From Nitratidesulfovibrio vulgaris str. Hildenborough (GTDB lineage: Bacteria; Desulfobacterota; Desulfovibrionia; Desulfovibrionales; Desulfovibrionaceae), in the NCBI RefSeq assembly GCF_000195755.1, contig NC_002937.3, positions 1,860,001-1,892,000 on the forward strand: DNA of 32,000 nucleotides. The letters run 5' to 3'. This document shows, one piece after another, positions 26,664 to 32,000 of this stretch (position 1 is its first letter; each line of letters begins with the position of its first letter). The notes under the pieces are model-generated. The model was not told the DNA's origin, searched no databases, and worked only from the letters and a program-made list of their open reading frames with translations. The position numbers and the translations under genes were made by a program.

Positions 26664-27758
26664 TCATGCCTCCAGTTCGACGATGACGGGTTCTCCGGCC
26701 TTGGGTGCCCATACCCTGTCAAGGTCGCGGCAGACCTCGCGTATGGAGCTTTCCTCGCTGGACATGAAGGTCATGGTGTCCTTTTCCGCCACGACGAGAG
26801 GACGCAACTTCACGCGGTCGTTGAGCCCCATCATACCCCTGGAGTCGGTCACGAGGATGGCGAAGGGGCCATTGAGCAGGGCCGCGCCATAGACCGCCCG
26901 CAACGCCGTGAAAGCCTTGCGCTGCTCTTCGGGCATACGGTCGACCTCATCCCAGAAGGGCGGCGCGAACACCCAGCTGGCCATGCGCTTCGAAAGCCCG
27001 TGCTTGCGCACCATGAGGTCAAGCAGGTAGGCCACGACTTCGGTGTCGGTCATGAGTGTGCACTCGTAATCGTGCTCACACAGATAGCGCCGATTGATGC
27101 CGTACGAGGATATTTCGCCGTTATGCACGATGGCCCAGTCCAGCAACGTGAACGGATGCGCCCCGCCCCACCAGCCGGGCGTGTTGGTCGGAAAACGGTT
27201 GTGTGCCGTCCACATGTAGGCGCGATACTCGTCAAGCCGGAAGAAGTCGGCGATGTCCTCGGGGTAGCCGACCCCCTTGAACGTGCCCATGTTCTTGCCG
27301 CTTGAGAAGACGAACGCACCGGGAATGCGCGTGTTGACGTGCATCACCGCCCCGACCACGTAATCCGACTCGCCCATATGCTGCCACTGTGGTCGCACGG
27401 CCTTGGGTGCGAGGAAGTAGCGCCGTACCAGGGGCGGGTTCTTCACCGTGAGCACGTCGCGGGTGGGAATGGGTTCGGCGTGGTGCACGTCGAACAGCCC
27501 GGCGAGGTAGGTCTCTGCCCGTTCGAGGGCGGCCGCGTCGTCACCCATGATATGGAAGGCGTAGTCGTCCGCCCTGTCCGGATAGATGCCGTAGGCGGCG
27601 AAACCGCCCCCAAGCCCGTTGCCCCTGTCGTGCATGGTGCACATGGCGTCGATGGGCATGGTGCCGGGTATGAGGTTGCGCTTGCGGTCGATGACACCGA
27701 AGACGCCGCACCCCGCGATGTCCTTGTCGAATTTCCAGAAGTCCTTGGGAGCCTTCAT
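26664..27758 (-). CDS. Class-II (Ntn) glutamine amidotransferase domain protein, GltB N-terminal-domain-like
   Basis: IAGCGVFGV with a candidate nucleophile Cys after a 16-aa propeptide, MHDRGNGLGGGFA and HNRFPTNTPG motifs. GGAG lies 7 nt before the ATG. Confidence 0.9.
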   Translation of the reverse strand: MKAPKDFWKFDKDIAGCGVFGVIDRKRNLIPGTMPIDAMCTMHDRGNGLGGGFAAYGIYPDRADDYAFHIMGDDAAALERAETYLAGLFDVHHAEPIPTRDVLTVKNPPLVRRYFLAPKAVRPQWQHMGESDYVVGAVMHVNTRIPGAFVFSSGKNMGTFKGVGYPEDIADFFRLDEYRAYMWTAHNRFPTNTPGWWGGAHPFTLLDWAIVHNGEISSYGINRRYLCEHDYECTLMTDTEVVAYLLDLMVRKHGLSKRMASWVFAPPFWDEVDRMPEEQRKAFTALRAVYGAALLNGPFAILVTDSRGMMGLNDRVKLRPLVVAEKDTMTFMSSEESSIREVCRDLDRVWAPKAGEPVIVELEA

Positions 27759-27772
27759 GACGTGTCTCCGGC

Positions 27773-29296
27773 CTAACGGCCCGCGTGCTTGATGCCGAGG
27801 ATGTCGAGTTCAGTGTCGCCAAGGCCGATGCCTCGAAGCTTGTCACGGTTGCCCCGCAGACTCTCGATGGAATTGAGCCCCATGCCGCCCAGCATCTCCT
27901 GAATCTCATGGCCCCACGCCCTGACGAGATTGGTCAGCCTGCGCGCCGCTTCGTCGGGGTTCTGGCGTTTCTTGAGGCGCGACTCGTTGGTTGCGATACC
28001 CCACGGGCATTTGCCCGTGTAGCAGCGCCCGCACAGCGTGCACCCTACTGCGATGAGCGCGGCGGTGCCAATGTAGACGGCGTCGGCCCCAAGCGCGATG
28101 GCCTTCACCACGTCGGCGCTGCACCGGACGCCGCCGGCGGCCACGATGGATGCGCGGTTGCGGATGCCCTCGTCACGCAGCCTGTCGTCAACGGCGGCCA
28201 GCGCAAGCTCGATGGGAATGCCCACGTTGTCGCGGATCATGGTCGGGGCTGCCCCCGTGCCTCCCCGGAAGCCGTCGATGACCACGATATCGGCCCCTGC
28301 GCGCACGATGCCCGAGGCGATGGCGGGGGCGTTGTGCACTGCCGCTATCTTCACGGACACAGGCACGCGGTACTGCGTAGCCTCCTTGATGGCGCAGATG
28401 AGCTGAAGCAGGTCTTCGATGGAGTAGATGTCGTGGTGCGGCGCAGGCGAGATGGCATCAGACCCCTTGGGTACCATGCGCGTTCGCGAGACCTCTTCGT
28501 CGATCTTCTCACCGGGCAGATGTCCGCCGATGCCGGGCTTTGCGCCCTGCCCGACCTTGATTTCGACCGCTGAGCCCGCATTGAGGTAGTCCTTGTGCAC
28601 CCCGAAACGCCCGGAGGCCACCTGCACGATGGTGTTGGCACCATAAGGATAGAGGTCGGGGTGCAGGCCGCCTTCTCCCGTATTGTAGAACGTGCCCAGT
28701 TCGGTCGCCGCCTTGGCCATGGCCTCGTGAAGATTGTAATTGATGGCCCCGAACGACATGGCGGCGAACATGATGGGATATTCAAGCTGCAACTGTGGCC
28801 CGATTTCCGTCTGAAGCTTCGGCCCCTGCGGCGTTTCCTCGAACACGAGCCTGTCGGGCCTTCCTCCGAGGAACGTGCGGAGTTCCATGGGTTCGCGAAG
28901 CGGGTCTATGGATGGATTCGTCACCTGACTGGCGTCGAGCAACATGTTGTCCCAGTAGACGGGCTTGGGAGACGGACACCCCATGCCCGAAAGAAGCACA
29001 CCACCCGTGTCGCTCTGCTTGTAGATGTTCTTGATGAACGCCGGGGTCCAGAGTGCGTTCTCGCGAAAGTCGGAAGGCTTGCGACGTATGGTCAGGCAGT
29101 CGGTGGGGCACATGGCCGCGCACCTATGGCAGCCCACACATTTGCTGCTGTCATGCTCTACCCGCTTACGTGCCTCATCCCAGAAGTGTACGCCGTAGGA
29201 GCACTGCCGGACGCACACTTCGCAGTCGATGCAGCGGGCCCGTTCGCGCTCCACGACGAAATCGTTGAAATGCTGACTGATGGGCTTGGAACGCAC
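27773..29296 (-). CDS. Glutamate synthase FMN-binding domain protein with an N-terminal 2x[4Fe-4S] ferredoxin domain
   Basis: CIDCEVCVRQC and CVGCHRCAAMCP at the N-terminus. The GltS FMN domain has IKVGQGAKPGIGGHLPG, SPAPHHDIYSIEDL, IDGFRGGTGAAP and CTLCGRCYTGKCPWGI. The GTG start at 29296 lies 7 nt after GAGGA. Confidence 0.92.
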   Translation of the reverse strand: MRSKPISQHFNDFVVERERARCIDCEVCVRQCSYGVHFWDEARKRVEHDSSKCVGCHRCAAMCPTDCLTIRRKPSDFRENALWTPAFIKNIYKQSDTGGVLLSGMGCPSPKPVYWDNMLLDASQVTNPSIDPLREPMELRTFLGGRPDRLVFEETPQGPKLQTEIGPQLQLEYPIMFAAMSFGAINYNLHEAMAKAATELGTFYNTGEGGLHPDLYPYGANTIVQVASGRFGVHKDYLNAGSAVEIKVGQGAKPGIGGHLPGEKIDEEVSRTRMVPKGSDAISPAPHHDIYSIEDLLQLICAIKEATQYRVPVSVKIAAVHNAPAIASGIVRAGADIVVIDGFRGGTGAAPTMIRDNVGIPIELALAAVDDRLRDEGIRNRASIVAAGGVRCSADVVKAIALGADAVYIGTAALIAVGCTLCGRCYTGKCPWGIATNESRLKKRQNPDEAARRLTNLVRAWGHEIQEMLGGMGLNSIESLRGNRDKLRGIGLGDTELDILGIKHAGR

Positions 29297-29373
29297 GTTG
29301 CTATCCTCGATGCGTGAAAAGGGTTCTTCCGCCTTGCGCGGAGTGACGCACCCGATGGGGGCTCACAGCACTA

Positions 29374-29402
29374 CTTTTAACGATGCTGTCGAAACCGGTC
29401 AA
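29374..29402 (-). promoter_or_regulatory. Candidate sigma-70 promoter of the split glutamate synthase operon
   Basis: On the minus strand: TTGACC (29402-29397), 17 nt, TAAAAG (29379-29374). It sits inside an unusually AT-rich spacer, with the 10-bp palindrome TTCAATTGAA (29406-29415) immediately upstream. Confidence 0.25.
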
Positions 29403-29514
29403 TCGTTCAATTGAAGAATGCCCGCTCAAAGCGCCAATTAAAACTCATAAATAACCGAAATAAAAGAATATTTATAAAAAATACGCTCTCTGATCCAATG
29501 GGGGTCTAAAACGA

Positions 29515-30309
29515 CTATTTTTTACAATTTTGAGACAATGCTCTTTGCGTAAACGAAACGACCTCACGAGCGACAAAGCTCCGACTCTCGCGATGGGTCG
29601 TGATGAGATGATGCCCTGCCACCCTGTCGGCGAGCCCGAACAACCGTACACAGACATCATCCGACGTCACGCGTCGGGCGATGTGAAGGGCATTCTCCAC
29701 AGGCACGGTACGGTCGCCGCGGGCGTGCATCAGAAGAAGCGGGGCCACCAGCAGTGGCAACTCCCGCTCAACCTGCCCCATCCCCTTGATGAGGCTGTGC
29801 AGCTGCGGCAAGGCCATGACCCCGTCATAACCGCGCCACGGCGCCACGGCTGTGGCCTCGGGCTTGCGACACGGCACAGGCCATCGACGCCGCACCCGCT
29901 TGAGCAACCCTACGAAGGGTAGGCGCCAGTCCTGCATGACGAACGGTACGGCACGGTACAGGAAGACAGGCGCGGCAAGGGCGACAACCCCGGCGGGCCG
30001 GAAGCGGCAGCCCAGGTGCAGGGCAAGCGTTCCGCCCATGGAAAGACCGACGACCACAACGCGCCCAGCGCGTGCCTCAAGGTCCCGGTAGCACTCGTCG
30101 GCATGGCGCGCCCAGTCGTCGAAACAGGTGGCCTCGAAATCTTCAAGTGTCGCATCATGCCCGGGCAGGGTGATGACGTGTGCCTCGACCCCGGCCTCGG
30201 ACAACGCAACGGCCAGCGGTTCCATCTCGAACGGCGCCCCGCCGAAACCGTGAATGAGCAGACATGCCCCTCCGGTCATTGTTCCTCCAGTGCCCCCGAC
30301 CTCGCCCAT
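29515..30309 (-). CDS. Alpha/beta hydrolase (carboxylesterase / lysophospholipase-like)
   Basis: LLIHGFGG oxyanion region and GLSMGG nucleophile elbow. ATG 30309 lies 6 nt after GGAGG; alternative ATG 30279 also follows GGAGG. Confidence 0.85.
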   Translation of the reverse strand: MGEVGGTGGTMTGGACLLIHGFGGAPFEMEPLAVALSEAGVEAHVITLPGHDATLEDFEATCFDDWARHADECYRDLEARAGRVVVVGLSMGGTLALHLGCRFRPAGVVALAAPVFLYRAVPFVMQDWRLPFVGLLKRVRRRWPVPCRKPEATAVAPWRGYDGVMALPQLHSLIKGMGQVERELPLLVAPLLLMHARGDRTVPVENALHIARRVTSDDVCVRLFGLADRVAGHHLITTHRESRSFVAREVVSFTQRALSQNCKK

Positions 30310-30461
30310 GACCGACCTCCGGCTCCTGTTGCAGGTTCATCCTGTTTTCCGGTAGCATACACCTAGCGCCCCTCTCGGGGAAAGAGCCTGCCGCCCCGGA
30401 CCGCCGGAGTTCAAAGGCCCACTTCGCGCCTCACCGAAACCACGCCACGGAGCGACAGAAC

Positions 30462-31790
30462 ATGCCCCTTCCCTGTGACACTATCCTGCAAGCTGCCCTC
30501 ATTGTCACCCAGGACGACGCCCGCACGGTCATCGAAGACGGTGCCATAGCCATACACGAAGGACGGATTGCAGCCGTCGGGCAACGTGATGCGATCGTCG
30601 GCAACTGGCATGGCGTAACCGTCATCGACATGGGTGAGAGCCTCATCATGCCCGGTCTCGTCAATGCGCATACGCATGCGTCCATGACACTTCTGCGCGG
30701 CCTTGCCGACGACCTTCCCCTCATGGACTGGCTCACGGGCCATATCTTTCCCGTGGAAAAAGGGCTGACAGGGGAACTGGTCGAACTGGGAGCCTTGCTA
30801 GGCTGTGCGGAGATGCTGCGGACGGGAACGACGGCCTTCAGCGACATGTACCTCATCGAAGACGCCACGCTGCGTGCGGTCGACCGCGCCGGACTGCGCT
30901 GCCTCGCCGGTGAAGCCATCTTCGCCTTCCCCTCGCCCGCCTACGCAGACCCGGAGACGGCCTTCGACCTCGTCCGCGCCCAGCACGACCGCTGGAAGCA
31001 CCATGCCCGCGCGGCGTTGGCTGTGGCCCCTCACGCAGTATACACCAGCACACCTGCGATACTCGCCCGCTGCCGCGACCTCGCCGAAGAGCTTGGCCTG
31101 CCGATACACCTGCACCTTGCGGAAACCGCCACCGAGACGGCGCAATGCATCGAACAGCACGGGGCACGCCCCGTGCCCTATTGCGACGGACTGGGGTTGC
31201 TCACGCCCCGCACGACACTGGCCCATTGCGTCGACCTCACCGAAGGGGAGATTGACCTGCTGGCAGAACGCGGTGTCACCGTGGCGCACTGCCCTGAGAG
31301 CAACATGAAGCTCGCCTCCGGCATCGCACCGGCCACGGCCATGCTTGGGCGGGGCATGACGCTTGGACTTGGGACCGACGGGGCAGCCAGCAACAACAGC
31401 CTGAACATGTTCACCGAAATGACCTCATGCGCGTTGCTGCACAAAGTGCATCACATGGACCCCACCTGCGCTCCCGCCTCCGCCGTCCTTGACATGGCCA
31501 CACGTGGCGGGGCACATGCCCTGCACATGCAGGGAATAGGACGCATCGAAGCCGGGTGCCCAGCCGACATCATAGCCCTCGACCTGCGCGCCCCCAACAT
31601 GCAGCCCATCTTCAACCCGGCATCGCACCTCGTCTACGCGGCGACGGGCCACGAGACCCGACTGACCATGGTCGGCGGGGAGGTGCTCTACCTCGATGGA
31701 TGCTACACCCGCTTCGACATGGACGACCTGCTGAAGGAAGTGCGCAAGGCCCGCACATGGGCCATGGAACAGGTACGCGCTGCGCGGTAG
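30462..31790 (+). CDS. mtaD: Amidohydrolase of the MtaD / 5-methylthioadenosine-S-adenosylhomocysteine deaminase family
   Basis: 442 aa with PGLVNAHTHASMTLLRG (HxH metal site), HLAET, VAHCPESNMKL and GTDGAASNN. The architecture matches the chlorohydrolase/MTA-SAH deaminase subfamily. Confidence 0.85.
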   Translation: MPLPCDTILQAALIVTQDDARTVIEDGAIAIHEGRIAAVGQRDAIVGNWHGVTVIDMGESLIMPGLVNAHTHASMTLLRGLADDLPLMDWLTGHIFPVEKGLTGELVELGALLGCAEMLRTGTTAFSDMYLIEDATLRAVDRAGLRCLAGEAIFAFPSPAYADPETAFDLVRAQHDRWKHHARAALAVAPHAVYTSTPAILARCRDLAEELGLPIHLHLAETATETAQCIEQHGARPVPYCDGLGLLTPRTTLAHCVDLTEGEIDLLAERGVTVAHCPESNMKLASGIAPATAMLGRGMTLGLGTDGAASNNSLNMFTEMTSCALLHKVHHMDPTCAPASAVLDMATRGGAHALHMQGIGRIEAGCPADIIALDLRAPNMQPIFNPASHLVYAATGHETRLTMVGGEVLYLDGCYTRFDMDDLLKEVRKARTWAMEQVRAAR

Positions 31791-31844
31791 CCCCTGAAAC
31801 CGGGCCCGCCAGAACGACAGTCGGACGAAAACCGTACTTTCCCG

Positions 31845-31870
31845 TTGACAAGTGCGGCAATCTGTATAAT
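31845..31870 (+). promoter_or_regulatory. Promoter-like element with perfect consensus hexamers but a 14-nt spacer
   Basis: TTGACA (31845-31850) and TATAAT (31865-31870). TG at 31863-31864 could act as an extended -10 with ATAATT. It lies 60 nt upstream of the next start codon. Confidence 0.45.
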
Positions 31871-31929
31871 TGAGACCTGCTTTCTGACAACACACACGCG
31901 CCCTGCGCGCGAGATGGAGGAACATCACA

Positions 31930-32000
31930 ATGAGCGCCAACAACGTCCTTGAAGGTGCCGTGAAGACGGCCGAAGGCGTAATGCTTAACGGTTTCGTCCT
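31930..32000 (+). CDS. 5-prime end of an unidentified gene (23 codons: MSANNVLEGAVKTAEGVMLNGFV...), running off the right window edge
   Basis: ATG 31930 is preceded by GGAGG (9-nt spacer) and the promoter-like element above. It is not in the ORF track because there is no in-window stop. The fragment is too short to name. Confidence 0.5.
   Translation, partial: MSANNVLEGAVKTAEGVMLNGFV

Noticed and set aside
29297-29514. Possible sigma-54 (-24/-12) promoter for the glutamate synthase operon
   Set aside because: The closest candidates on the transcribed strand are TGGCGC-TTTGA-GCGG and GGGCAT-TCTTC-AATTG. Neither has the conserved GG-N10-GC spacing, so no sigma-54 promoter is claimed.
1-32000. 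Mobile elements, prophage genes, CRISPR arrays, toxin-antitoxin pairs, defence islands, and tRNA or rRNA genes
   Set aside because: I found no transposase, integrase or Cas-like ORFs, no regularly spaced direct repeats, no tRNA-like cloverleaf signatures (no GGTTCGAATCC-type T-arms) and no small adjacent ORF pairs in the intergenic regions. Apart from the spacer at about 29400-29530, the composition is uniform and typical of core genome.

Overview
High-GC (roughly 63-66% by eye) chromosomal segment. I assign it to a Desulfovibrio / Nitratidesulfovibrio vulgaris Hildenborough-like genome. The basis is the 103-aa ORF at 21747-22058, whose mature part ([20 protein letters not shown]...DYMSKL) matches my recollection of the published cytochrome c553 of that organism; this is not a database hit.

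The window is densely packed core genome: about 26 CDS, mostly on the minus strand. In window order:
- a partial EF-G paralogue that the supplied ORF track misses because it runs off the left edge, translationally coupled to an unknown 336-aa ORF
- a secreted hypothetical protein
- a membrane-anchored alpha/beta hydrolase
- two GT4 glycosyltransferases, divergent from a pseudo-receiver/GAF/GGDEF diguanylate cyclase
- mgtE
- a nadC-nadA-nadB operon
- an eight-gene haem-copper oxygen reductase operon (cyf, SCO1-like, coxI, coxIII, coxIV, dihaem coxII, haem O synthase, 4-TM protein)
- yajC-secD-secF
- a three-gene split (archaeal-type) glutamate synthase
- a second alpha/beta hydrolase
- an MtaD-type amidohydrolase
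- the first 23 codons of a further gene behind consensus promoter hexamers

I saw no rRNA, tRNA, CRISPR array, transposase, integrase or obvious defence module. Many long ORFs in the track are antisense shadows typical of high-GC DNA.

I cannot point to a clearly novel multi-gene system. The best leads are:
- the coupled unknown-ORF/EF-G pair
- the accessory proteins of the oxidase operon (His-rich SCO1, 4-TM His protein)
- the ferredoxin-fused split GOGAT with its AT-rich control region
- several structured non-coding spacers
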